DNA of 64,000 bases from a virus (lineage: Duplodnaviria; Caudoviricetes), in the IMG/VR virus record IMGVR_UViG_3300042554_001750; one strand, 5' to 3'. Position 1 is the stretch's first letter. Every line of letters starts with the position of its first letter. Positions 1-7,596 of this stretch are shown in pieces. Below the pieces are notes generated by a model. It did no database searches. It was not told the origin of the DNA and worked only from the letters and a program-made list of their open reading frames with translations. The position numbers were made by a program, and so were the translations under genes.

Positions 1-178
1 CCATACGCAAATCAATTACCAAGCCACCGAGTTCTTCGGCGACTTCAGCAACTACCTCACTCTTACCGATGCCGGGAGGACCCCACAAGAAAACAGGACG
101 ATTGGCATTGAATGCCTTGAGAATTGCCTTGCGGGCCTGAACACTAGTGATAGTGAGATTGTCAGATACTTGAGCCAT
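1..178 (-). CDS. AAA+ ATPase (MoxR/dynein-related type), N-terminal part; runs off the window edge
   Basis: Manual translation from ATG at 178: MAQVSDNLTITSVQARKAILKAFNANRPVFLWGPPGIGKSEVV..., Walker A GPPGIGKS; GGAG RBS upstream; not in ORF track. Confidence 0.85.
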   Translation of the reverse strand, partial: MAQVSDNLTITSVQARKAILKAFNANRPVFLWGPPGIGKSEVVAEVAEELGGLVIDLRM

Positions 179-211
179 TGTTTACTCCGTTAAAAAAGTT
201 TTGATGTTTGA

Positions 212-240
212 AGTATATATCAACTAGGATTTATCGTCAA
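212..240 (-). promoter_or_regulatory. sigma70-type early promoter
   Basis: TTGACG (240-235), 17-nt spacer, TATACT (217-212), upstream of the AAA ATPase. Confidence 0.8.
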
Positions 241-244
241 CTGC

Positions 245-514
245 TTAGATTGCCCGAAAGCACTCATAGGAGCGAATTGGGCTACGATTATCGGTATGCT
301 TTTCAACATACTTGATTACAGTGCCTTTGGTAGCCAGTGTAGTTACCAAGGTAGAAAGGTCACAATCTTCCTCAAGGTATACAGTATCACCCTTTTGATA
401 ACTGAAATGAGAAATCTTGTCGGCGATGCCAAGGTCAAACAGAACCTTGCGCTTTACTGCACCCCAGCCATGGCCAGGATCAGAGTAAAATTTAATCGTA
501 AATTCTTTAGACAT
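245..514 (-). CDS. hypothetical phage early protein (89 aa)
   Basis: ORF track; FYSDPGHGW...YLEEDCD motif; co-oriented and tightly packed. Confidence 0.7.
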   Translation of the reverse strand: MSKEFTIKFYSDPGHGWGAVKRKVLFDLGIADKISHFSYQKGDTVYLEEDCDLSTLVTTLATKGTVIKYVEKHTDNRSPIRSYECFRAI

Positions 515-516
515 GA

Positions 517-783
517 TTACATGCTCCAGTAAGTTTCGCTAGCCGGGTTGCAACACCAAGGCGTATCCTCGGCGATCACAACATTCTGACCAGTCATCAG
601 GTTCTTGACGACCTTGGTACCAACCGGTCCATACTTGAGTTCGAACCAGGATTCTTCAACAAAGTTGTAAACAAACTTTCCTGCGTTACGATTACTGCAG
701 GTTGCACTACGCTTGGCACCTGCCTTGGTCTTGAAATAACGCTTATCCTGATGCGGGAATTCGGTGTGAAAAACGACAAACAT
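517..783 (-). CDS. hypothetical phage early protein (88 aa)
   Basis: ORF track; AAGGA RBS and a consensus promoter directly upstream. Confidence 0.7.
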   Translation of the reverse strand: MFVVFHTEFPHQDKRYFKTKAGAKRSATCSNRNAGKFVYNFVEESWFELKYGPVGTKVVKNLMTGQNVVIAEDTPWCCNPASETYWSM

Positions 784-815
784 TTTGAGTCCTTTATCTA
801 ACTGTCTATGTATGT

Positions 816-844
816 ATTATATACCCAAATCCATTTATTGTCAA
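816..844 (-). promoter_or_regulatory. perfect-consensus sigma70 promoter
   Basis: TTGACA (844-839), 17-nt spacer, TATAAT (821-816). Confidence 0.9.
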
Positions 845-1110
845 CCGCGGACTGTGTCGCAGTATTCAAAAAGGATCCACTTAGCACGGTTGAGCATTTG
901 ACGGACATCCTCAACGACCATAAAATCGTAGAACCCGCCGTTGTCAGAGGACAACAGTTCCTGACAATCAGACATAAGACTAGCGGCGTACATAGCAGGG
1001 CCCGAGAACCGAAAGGTCAAACTTTGCTCTACTGCCTCACGCATTTCGGCTTCAGTACAGCCATACATGCGGACTTCACGCTTTTGTTGCTCGGTCATTA
1101 TTGCGTACAT
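841..1110 (-). CDS. hypothetical phage early protein (89 aa)
   Basis: ORF track; sigma70 promoter upstream. Confidence 0.65.
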   Translation of the reverse strand: MYAIMTEQQKREVRMYGCTEAEMREAVEQSLTFRFSGPAMYAASLMSDCQELLSSDNGGFYDFMVVEDVRQMLNRAKWILFEYCDTVRG

Positions 1111-1142
1111 GTTTGCCCCGTTAGTTAACTGTCAATACATGT

Positions 1143-1171
1143 AGTATACGCCCAAATTGATTTATTGTCAA
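1143..1171 (-). promoter_or_regulatory. sigma70-type early promoter
   Basis: TTGACA (1171-1166), 17-nt spacer, TATACT (1148-1143); shares TTGACAATAAAT..TTTGGG with the 816-844 promoter. Confidence 0.85.
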
Positions 1172-1173
1172 AT

Positions 1174-1428
1174 TTAGGACATGATCTTGGCCATTAATAT
1201 GAGCTTTTCTAAATGGTCAATAGCCTTGTTGATTTCATTTACCTTGTCTAAGGTCATGTTTGATTTGGGGTTTCGCCTGGCTAGAACTTCTATTTTACTC
1301 AACTCACTAACCATTTTTTCAATATTCAGAAACATTTTATTAAGGTCAGGGTTGTACCCAATACTACGCAAATCTCGGCGTAGTTGGTCACTTACTTTTT
1401 GAAAATCAACGGCGGTTTGAATATTCAT
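1174..1428 (-). CDS. hypothetical protein (84 aa)
   Basis: ORF track; helical-looking sequence; overlaps upstream gene end. Confidence 0.6.
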   Translation of the reverse strand: MNIQTAVDFQKVSDQLRRDLRSIGYNPDLNKMFLNIEKMVSELSKIEVLARRNPKSNMTLDKVNEINKAIDHLEKLILMAKIMS

Positions 1429-1897
1429 TTAATTGACTAAGTGTTGTGGTTATATCTACATGATGTATTGCAATGCCACCTGCTTGTTGCCATTCTACAA
1501 TATTTGATTGTCTATCGTCTATTAGAATGTCACCCGTGTTGCAATGTATATGCTTATCTTTACTATAGGGTCCAAAGTGTACAGGTATGTTTGGGAAGTA
1601 AGCTTGTGCCCAAAGTACTTTGTCATAGAATGCCCAATGTACATCATTGCCCTTTGGCACTGCTGTTAAGAACATAATTTCATAATAGTTGTCTATGGCA
1701 AACTTTTGACACTTGGTAACAAGTATATCAGCATATGGTGTTTTTTGCAAGTCTCTGTATAACCGAGGATTTTGAATCAATTGATTCCAAATCTCAAAAG
1801 GATAAACGCCATTGGATGGTGGAACGCCTAATGTCTCTAGTGCGTACCTGTCAAAATCAGCAACTACCCCATCCATGTCTAAGTATAATTTTTTCAC
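1406..1897 (-). CDS. HAD-family 5'(3')-deoxyribonucleotidase-like protein
   Basis: LYLDMDGVVADF (DxD motif I), FLTA, K and ILIDDR motifs; GTG start overlaps upstream TGA. Confidence 0.8.
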   Translation of the reverse strand: MKKLYLDMDGVVADFDRYALETLGVPPSNGVYPFEIWNQLIQNPRLYRDLQKTPYADILVTKCQKFAIDNYYEIMFLTAVPKGNDVHWAFYDKVLWAQAYFPNIPVHFGPYSKDKHIHCNTGDILIDDRQSNIVEWQQAGGIAIHHVDITTTLSQLNEYSNRR

Positions 1898-2250
1898 TTT
1901 TGGCTATCTCCGGGTAGTACTCGGTAATTATCTTCAACACTATCAGGCGTGCTTACTTCAATGATTGTACCTTCTTCTAAACAAATTACCTGATGCGGTT
2001 GTAAAGGTCTATTGCGCCATGTTGCACCCTGTTCAAGTATAATGTCATGTATGCTGGCATCTTTTGTTTCAATAAAAACTATTTTAAATTTACCACTCAA
2101 TATATACCACGATTCATCTTTCTCGGCATGAAAGTGCATGCTAAACTTAGCATCTTTGTTAAACTTTAAAAGCTTACCACAATACTTTTCATTGGTAGCA
2201 AATATAAATTCATGCCCCCAACCTTTCTCAACGAATCCTTCTAGTCTCAT
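1894..2250 (-). CDS. cupin-fold protein (sugar isomerase/epimerase-like)
   Basis: SMHFHAEKDESWY and P..PHQ cupin motifs; adjacent to heptose genes. Confidence 0.75.
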   Translation of the reverse strand: MRLEGFVEKGWGHEFIFATNEKYCGKLLKFNKDAKFSMHFHAEKDESWYILSGKFKIVFIETKDASIHDIILEQGATWRNRPLQPHQVICLEEGTIIEVSTPDSVEDNYRVLPGDSQK

Positions 2251-2999
2251 TTTATTTCCTCTAATTTGGGTGCATACACGCCCAAATGTTGAACTGTTAC
2301 ACTTGCAGCTTTATTGGCAAACTCAATTGCTTTAACTATATCATTGGTTTCTAAAAACATAAACACTAACGCAGCCAAAAAAGTATCTCCGCACCCAGTA
2401 ACATCTACTACTTCAGTTTCACGGGCAGGAAACTGCACACCGTTATATGTACAACCTTTGTTTCCTTGTGTCACTATAAGTGAACTGGTTGTGCTGTTTG
2501 CTTTTGAAAATTCTGTTTCGTTTATCTTTACAACACAACCTTCAAACTCTTTGAGGTCATGTTTTTTGGTATCTATAAAAATAGGACCTAAATATTTCTT
2601 CCTGATAGATTTTACCAAATCATAAGTTACTAATCCTTTGTTGTAATCACTAACGACAACGGCATCAATGTTGTGTAAGTCTATTGAAATTTCATTTATA
2701 GTTAGTGGATCAGACTTTATATCATCGTCAACTCTAACGATATGCTGCTTGCTTTTAGCGTCAATTAATCTTATCTTAGTTGAATTACCTTTGGTCACAA
2801 AGCAAACATCTAATCCTAGCATCAATAAGTTTTCTTTTACATTTGCTGCCATGCCCGGCTTAGATATTTTTTTAGTCAGTTTGAAAACAGGCACAGGTGC
2901 TTCAGGACTAATTCTATCAACAGTACCAAAGTGGTACTCATCAATACAACTGTCACCGATTAATAATACTGTGAATTTTTTCTGTTGTTGAGTATCCAT
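2247..2999 (-). CDS. rfaE: PfkB-family kinase, heptose-7-phosphate kinase (RfaE/HldE domain I)
   Basis: GDSCIDEY..GTVDRISPEAPVPV, PGMAANV, VSDYNKG, DVTGCGDTF motifs. Confidence 0.85.
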   Translation of the reverse strand: MDTQQQKKFTVLLIGDSCIDEYHFGTVDRISPEAPVPVFKLTKKISKPGMAANVKENLLMLGLDVCFVTKGNSTKIRLIDAKSKQHIVRVDDDIKSDPLTINEISIDLHNIDAVVVSDYNKGLVTYDLVKSIRKKYLGPIFIDTKKHDLKEFEGCVVKINETEFSKANSTTSSLIVTQGNKGCTYNGVQFPARETEVVDVTGCGDTFLAALVFMFLETNDIVKAIEFANKAASVTVQHLGVYAPKLEEIK

Positions 3000-3339
3000 C
3001 TAATCTATCAAAGAAAATAATTTCCCTACAAAAATATTCACCGACAATGGGTTTTCCGATATAGTCACTACCCTTTACCATAATATCACATTGTTCTACC
3101 AATGCTATCAATTCTTGGTCCGAATCAAATATTACAACTTTGTCAACAGCTTTGAGATTTTCTAGCAGTAATTTGCGTTCGTCTTGTGAATTGATAGGTC
3201 TTGATGATCCTTTTAATTCTTTAACTCTACGATCAGAATCAATCGCTACGACCAAATTATCAGTCAAAGACTTAGCGTAATTTAATAGTGCCAAATGCCC
3301 AGAGTGTATAATATCAAAGGTGCCGTTCACTAATACCAT
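2953..3339 (-). CDS. heptose-1-phosphate nucleotidyltransferase (RfaE/HldE domain II)
   Basis: NGTFDIIHSGH (HIGH-like), VAIDSD.RVKELKGSSRPIN, VKGSDY, GYSTT. Confidence 0.85.
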   Translation of the reverse strand: MVLVNGTFDIIHSGHLALLNYAKSLTDNLVVAIDSDRRVKELKGSSRPINSQDERKLLLENLKAVDKVVIFDSDQELIALVEQCDIMVKGSDYIGKPIVGEYFCREIIFFDRLDGYSTTEKIHSIINR

Positions 3340-3347
3340 AGTAGAGG

Positions 3348-3354
3348 TATTTAT
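3348..3354 (-). promoter_or_regulatory. T4-like late promoter variant ATAAATA
   Basis: ATAAATA 9 nt upstream of the ATG at 3339; motif recurs before many genes. Confidence 0.45.
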
Positions 3355-3377
3355 TTCCGTCTCAATATAGTCGTATA

Positions 3378-4376
3378 TTACTTGATAGGGACTAAGTTGT
3401 TTTTAAATATTTCCCAAGCCTGTTGCCAACTCCATCGTTGACTTCCATTTAAAACTATCTGCCTATCCAAATGCAAACAACGCTGGATTGCAATAGATAA
3501 CTCTTGTTCCATATAGCCAGTGATACCCTCGTCAATTACATCCATTGGTCCCTGACATCTATATGCTGCCACCGGTGTACCGCATGCCATTGCTTCTATC
3601 ATAACAATACCAAATGTTTCCCATTGACTTGGAAAAACAAATACATCAGCATTAGCATAGTAATATGCCAATTCATGACCTGTTTTAAAACCTACAAATT
3701 GTATATCGGGGTATTTCTTCTTATATGTTTCCAACATTGGTCCATCCCCTACCATTATTTTATAACTGTTAGGATATTCTAATTTAAAGAAATCTTCTAG
3801 ATTTTTTTCTTTACTAACTCGGCTTACACAGACCAACAATTTAACATCGTCATTTCTATTTCTTTGAGAAGAATTAAAAACCTTTCTATCAACGCCTCTA
3901 GTCCAGCTAACAATTTCTCCATCAAATCCATGCTCACGCAGTTCATTCACCATACTGTCAGTGGTGGTCAATACTTTACCTGAATGTTTGTGAAACCATC
4001 TAACTAAAGGCCAAGTAATACTTTCAGGTATTCCAAATAACTTTCTAATTCCTTCTGGAAACTTAGTATGATAAGCAGTATTGTAGCGATAACCGTGTTT
4101 GTCAAGATATTGTCTAGCACACAAACCCACAGGACCTTCGGTGGCGATATGGATATGATCCGGAGATATCTTCTCAATCGCCTGGCCGATCTTCCTGGGA
4201 AAGGCAATCTTGACTTCGTTGTAGCCAGGGCAACCAATATAGCGGAACCTCCCGGGATCAATAAAAACAACACGATAATTGTCGTGAAGCGCCATAGCCT
4301 CAATATTTTTGTAGGTTGTAACGACACCATTTATTTGATTTGGTAAATTATCAGTTATAATCAGTATAGTTTTCAC
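3378..4376 (-). CDS. GT4 glycosyltransferase resembling Agt-type glycosyl-diacylglycerol synthases
   Basis: ITDNLPNQINGVVTT, HIHIATEGPVG, YHTKFPE, RVSKEKN, VFVFPSQWETFGIVMIEAMACGTPV; paired with LpxH/PlcP-like gene. Confidence 0.85.
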   Translation of the reverse strand: MKTILIITDNLPNQINGVVTTYKNIEAMALHDNYRVVFIDPGRFRYIGCPGYNEVKIAFPRKIGQAIEKISPDHIHIATEGPVGLCARQYLDKHGYRYNTAYHTKFPEGIRKLFGIPESITWPLVRWFHKHSGKVLTTTDSMVNELREHGFDGEIVSWTRGVDRKVFNSSQRNRNDDVKLLVCVSRVSKEKNLEDFFKLEYPNSYKIMVGDGPMLETYKKKYPDIQFVGFKTGHELAYYYANADVFVFPSQWETFGIVMIEAMACGTPVAAYRCQGPMDVIDEGITGYMEQELSIAIQRCLHLDRQIVLNGSQRWSWQQAWEIFKNNLVPIK

Positions 4377-4504
4377 TTTATAGATTCTGTATGTTTATGA
4401 TGTAGACTTTTCTTTAAAAGTTTTAACCAAGTCTTTTTTTCCCGAGCTTGATTATGCTGGACGCAAGCCTTGTAATGTTTTTTGATCAACTTTCTTACTT
4501 TCAT
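4373..4504 (-). CDS. small basic hypothetical protein (43 aa), not in ORF track
   Basis: Manual translation MKVRKLIKKHYKACVQHNQAREKKTWLKLLKKSLHHKHTESIK*; its TGA overlaps the GTG start of the GT4 (GTGA). Confidence 0.55.
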   Translation of the reverse strand: MKVRKLIKKHYKACVQHNQAREKKTWLKLLKKSLHHKHTESIK

Positions 4505-4670
4505 AACAACCTCCTTGTATCTTAAAACTATCAAACTTTAACCAGTATTCTACTGATTTTAATGCCTGTTCACACTCCGTCTGTGTCTGAAATTTTATCA
4601 CTGCTTTGCCCGGCACGTCGGCGGGATTGTTTATGTGTACTGCTATCAAAATTAGTAACCACATTGTCAC
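4452..4670 (-). CDS. small hypothetical protein with hydrophobic N-terminus
   Basis: ORF track; GGAGAG RBS; MWLLILIAVH N-terminus; two Cys. Confidence 0.55.
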   Translation of the reverse strand: MTMWLLILIAVHINNPADVPGKAVIKFQTQTECEQALKSVEYWLKFDSFKIQGGCYESKKVDQKTLQGLRPA

Positions 4671-5418
4671 TCTCCTTAGTCCAAATTACGATTTCCCAGT
4701 GGCCATCGTGGTGTTCAACCAATGCAGTCATAGATTCTACCCAGTCGCCATCATTCATATAAACAATGCCATCAATTTCTTTTATTTCAGCATGATGAAT
4801 GTGCCCACAGATCACACCATCAAAACCACGCTTCTTACAATAAGCAACTAAATTTTTTTCAAACTGAAATATAAAGTCAACAGCCTTTTTCACTCGCTGT
4901 TTCAAATATTGACTCAAACTCCAATAACCAAATCCAAATTTATGACGCCACCAATTGAACTTGTTGTTTAACCATAATACCACATCGTATGCTTTGTCAC
5001 CTAAAAATGCTAACCACGGCGCTAATCTAGTAATTCCATCAAATAAATCTCCGTGTATTACAAGATAATGTTTGCCATCTACACCTATGTGTTCAGTTTG
5101 GTTGGTTACTTCAACATTACCAAAGCCGATATTATAAGGCATGAGTGGTCGTAAAAATTCATCATGATTGCCTGCCACATAAATCACGCGAGTACCACGT
5201 TTAGCATGACCTAATATTCGTCTGACAACATTAGTATGGCTTTGCTTCCAGCGCCATTTGTTTTGCTGTATACGCCAAACATCCAAAATATCACCCACTA
5301 AGTACAATGTTTCACAAGTGTTGTGCTTGAGAAAATTATTTAGTTGTTCGGCTTTACTATCTCTAGTGCCTAAATGAACATCACTGACAAAAATGGCGCG
5401 ATAAGTCTTTGGTGTCAT
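4570..5418 (-). CDS. LpxH-family metallophosphoesterase, PlcP-like phospholipase C
   Basis: SDVHLG, LVGDILD, GNHDEFLR, HGDLFD, GVICGHIHH, YMNDGDWVES motifs, plus the LGDKAYD...YWSLS..K.RVKKAV insertion typical of the PlcP-like group. Confidence 0.8.
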   Translation of the reverse strand: MTPKTYRAIFVSDVHLGTRDSKAEQLNNFLKHNTCETLYLVGDILDVWRIQQNKWRWKQSHTNVVRRILGHAKRGTRVIYVAGNHDEFLRPLMPYNIGFGNVEVTNQTEHIGVDGKHYLVIHGDLFDGITRLAPWLAFLGDKAYDVVLWLNNKFNWWRHKFGFGYWSLSQYLKQRVKKAVDFIFQFEKNLVAYCKKRGFDGVICGHIHHAEIKEIDGIVYMNDGDWVESMTALVEHHDGHWEIVIWTKESDNVVTNFDSSTHKQSRRRAGQSSDKISDTDGV

Positions 5419-5423
5419 ACGAA

Positions 5424-5430
5424 TATTTAT
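5424..5430 (-). promoter_or_regulatory. T4-like late promoter variant ATAAATA
   Basis: GATAAATAT 6 nt upstream of the ATG at 5418. Confidence 0.45.
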
Positions 5431-5456
5431 CGTGTTATTAATTACAAACCTATTAT

Positions 5457-5478
5457 AAAAAAAGGCCCTTTCGGGCCT
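5457..5478 (-). terminator. rho-independent terminator after pstS
   Basis: AGGCCC-GAAA-GGGCCT followed by a run of T on the minus strand. Confidence 0.85.
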
Positions 5479-5520
5479 GCTGGTTACGGATATCCAGCAC
5501 CACCTTATCTTGTGGTCGGT

Positions 5521-6510
5521 TTATTTAATTTTACTTATTTCTTTTTCTACTAACGCTACAACACTGTCTGGTAGAGGAACATAATCAAGTTCTTCTGCCA
5601 TCTTATCGCCCTTAGCAAAAGCCCATCTAAAGAATTTTAATGCTTCTTGTGCTTCTTGTGGTTTGTCATTCTTTAGATACATGATGATGAATGTGGCACC
5701 TGTAACAGGCCATGCAGTCCTGCCAGGTTGATCAGTTAATACTTGGAAAAATGTTTTTTCCCATGTAGCATTTGCTGCCGCAGCCTTGAATGTTAAATCA
5801 TCAGGAGCTACCCACTGACCATCTTTATTCTGCATCTGCACCCAATTCATTTTAGTTTGTTTGACATAAGCATACTCAACATAACCTAGTGCACCGGGTA
5901 GTTGACGAACCATAGCACTAACGCCCTCATTACCCTTGCCACCTACACCAACTTTCCAGTTAACAGCAGTACCTTCTCCAATTGTTTCTTTAAATTCGCT
6001 ATTAACTTTGCTTAGATAGTTTGTCCATAAGAATGTCGTGCCGCTACCATCTGCACGACGAACTACAGCAATATCTTGATTGGGTAGTTTTAATGATGGA
6101 TTAAGGTTTGCAATAGCAGGATCATCCCACTTTTTAATCTTACCTAAATAGATATCTGCAATTACTTGTCCGGTGAGTTTCATTTCGCCAGGCTTGACTT
6201 CTTTCAGATTAATGACAGGTACTACTCCACCAATTACTGTAGGGAACTGTGTTGCACCCATGCTAGATAATTTGTCGTCTTTTAATGGCATATCACTTGC
6301 ACCGAACGCTACTGTCTTGGCTTCAATTTGTCTTATGCCTGCACCTGATCCTACACTTTGATAATTTAATCTAATACCAGTTTCTTTATTATAGGCATCT
6401 GCCCACTTAGCATAAAGCGGAGCCGGGAATGTTGCCCCGGCTCCATTAATTGTCTGTGCGTGTGCCGTGAATGATACGGCTGCTAATACCATAGCAATTA
6501 TTTTGTTCAT
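5521..6510 (-). CDS. pstS: phosphate ABC transporter periplasmic binding protein PstS
   Basis: Signal peptide (..TAHA/Q), GAGATFPAPLY, YQSVGSGAG, FGASDMPL, RADGSGTT, GKGNEGV, YVEY. Confidence 0.95.
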   Translation of the reverse strand: MNKIIAMVLAAVSFTAHAQTINGAGATFPAPLYAKWADAYNKETGIRLNYQSVGSGAGIRQIEAKTVAFGASDMPLKDDKLSSMGATQFPTVIGGVVPVINLKEVKPGEMKLTGQVIADIYLGKIKKWDDPAIANLNPSLKLPNQDIAVVRRADGSGTTFLWTNYLSKVNSEFKETIGEGTAVNWKVGVGGKGNEGVSAMVRQLPGALGYVEYAYVKQTKMNWVQMQNKDGQWVAPDDLTFKAAAANATWEKTFFQVLTDQPGRTAWPVTGATFIIMYLKNDKPQEAQEALKFFRWAFAKGDKMAEELDYVPLPDSVVALVEKEISKIK

Positions 6511-6554
6511 ACTTGTCTCCTTGTGTGTTGAACAACTGTATTTACAAAAAAAGT

Positions 6555-6593
6555 GTTAAGAAATTATGACAAAATTGTGACAGTTTATGACAA
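6555..6593 (-). promoter_or_regulatory. Pho box (PhoB-binding direct repeats) upstream of pstS
   Basis: Minus strand TTGTCAT-AAA-CTGTCAC-AATT-TTGTCAT-AATT-TCTTAAC; matches CTGTCAT-N4-CTGTCA(C/T). Confidence 0.8.
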
Positions 6594-6616
6594 AAGGGGC
6601 CAATGGCCCCTTTTGT
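6590..6616 (-). terminator. symmetric rho-independent terminator after the porin gene
   Basis: ACAAAAGGGGCC-ATT-GGCCCCTTTTGT perfect 12-bp inverted repeat; T-tract overlaps the first Pho half-site. Confidence 0.85.
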
Positions 6617-6634
6617 ATTTTGGCAAAGATAAAA

Positions 6635-7546
6635 TTAAAACTTGTGTGTTACACCAACACCAAATCCACTAGTACCATTGGCTGCAGGACAGCCAATAGC
6701 TAAACAACTTACAGCACTTCTATCAACATTGCGATATACAACATGCAAAGCAGTACGCTTGCTTAAATTGTAATCAGCACCAACATTGTAAGCAGTTGTG
6801 TCTGTATTTGTACGGCCATAACTTGCCTTTGCAGTGATATGACCCATATCACGTGCTACACCAAGCGTTTGACCTTTGCTAGTTACTAGACCTTCGTTGT
6901 CGCTGTATACATACGCTACTGTAGTTCCCATCAATTTAGTTTGAGCACCGAATACTGTGCTCTTTTCTGTTCCTTGTTGGAAACGTGCAACATCAACATG
7001 TAATCTTGCGATTTTAGTTGAGCCGGCAAAAACTTCAGCGTCTGCGCCAGGACCATTTAGTGTACGCTCATACGCAACTACAGAACCCTTAACAGGAACC
7101 ATTGTAGCATATACAGCATCTGCTAAACGCAATCCGCGTAGATTGTGTACATCACCTGCAACACTACCATACAATGTTCCGAAAACATCATTTTTAGTGA
7201 TTGCTAAGAAGTGGCTGTGTACATTGCGACCTAAGTCAACACTACCAAACTTATTGGCAAGACCGACTGTTGCTTGACGATCACCAACTCTAGTATCATC
7301 ACCTCCAAAGGTGTTACCCTTCAATGATGTTTCTACAGTGGCTCGGGCAAACAAATCACGGCCCATTTTTTCTTTAACTGATAGTGCAAAGTTGCTGGTT
7401 GGTTCAGTAACAAGTTGAGTACTGGTAGAACCATTACCAACTTTAGAGTTATCAACAAATGCGCTGACTTTTCCGTTTATTGTTACCTGAGCACTAGCAA
7501 CTGAAACTAGCCCCATCAATAAAGTTGCCATTATAATTTTCTTCAT
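6635..7546 (-). CDS. outer-membrane porin (Gram-negative/Burkholderiales-type)
   Basis: Signal peptide (..VASA/Q), VTINGKV start, DRQATVGL..KFGSVDLGR, GADYNLSKRTAL, C-terminal VGVTHKF beta-signal. Confidence 0.85.
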   Translation of the reverse strand: MKKIIMATLLMGLVSVASAQVTINGKVSAFVDNSKVGNGSTSTQLVTEPTSNFALSVKEKMGRDLFARATVETSLKGNTFGGDDTRVGDRQATVGLANKFGSVDLGRNVHSHFLAITKNDVFGTLYGSVAGDVHNLRGLRLADAVYATMVPVKGSVVAYERTLNGPGADAEVFAGSTKIARLHVDVARFQQGTEKSTVFGAQTKLMGTTVAYVYSDNEGLVTSKGQTLGVARDMGHITAKASYGRTNTDTTAYNVGADYNLSKRTALHVVYRNVDRSAVSCLAIGCPAANGTSGFGVGVTHKF

Positions 7547-7568
7547 GCTTTTTTCCTTATGTAAAAAT

Positions 7569-7588
7569 GCCTGTTAAATTTAACAGGC
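7569..7588. promoter_or_regulatory. perfect 20-bp palindrome in the porin leader
   Basis: GCCTGTTAAATTTAACAGGC is its own reverse complement; lies between ATAAATA (7597-7603) and the RBS. Confidence 0.6.
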
Positions 7589-7596
7589 TAGATTAA

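Noticed and set aside
4373-4504. In-frame N-terminal extension of the GT4
   Set aside because: Counting shows a different frame that ends in TGA overlapping the GTG start
4570-5418. True LpxH of lipid A biosynthesis
   Set aside because: No other lpx genes; the GT4 and pstS context and the insertion sequence fit the PlcP-like group better, though this needs phylogeny
5431-5460. Second Pho box upstream of the PlcP-like gene (TTTATAA-TAGG-TTTGTAA)
   Set aside because: Too degenerate and AT-rich to distinguish from background
1894-7546. Bacterial chromosome or contaminating host segment
   Set aside because: Same strand, AT-richness, tight packing and ATAAATA motifs as the flanking phage genes; pstCAB and phoU are absent
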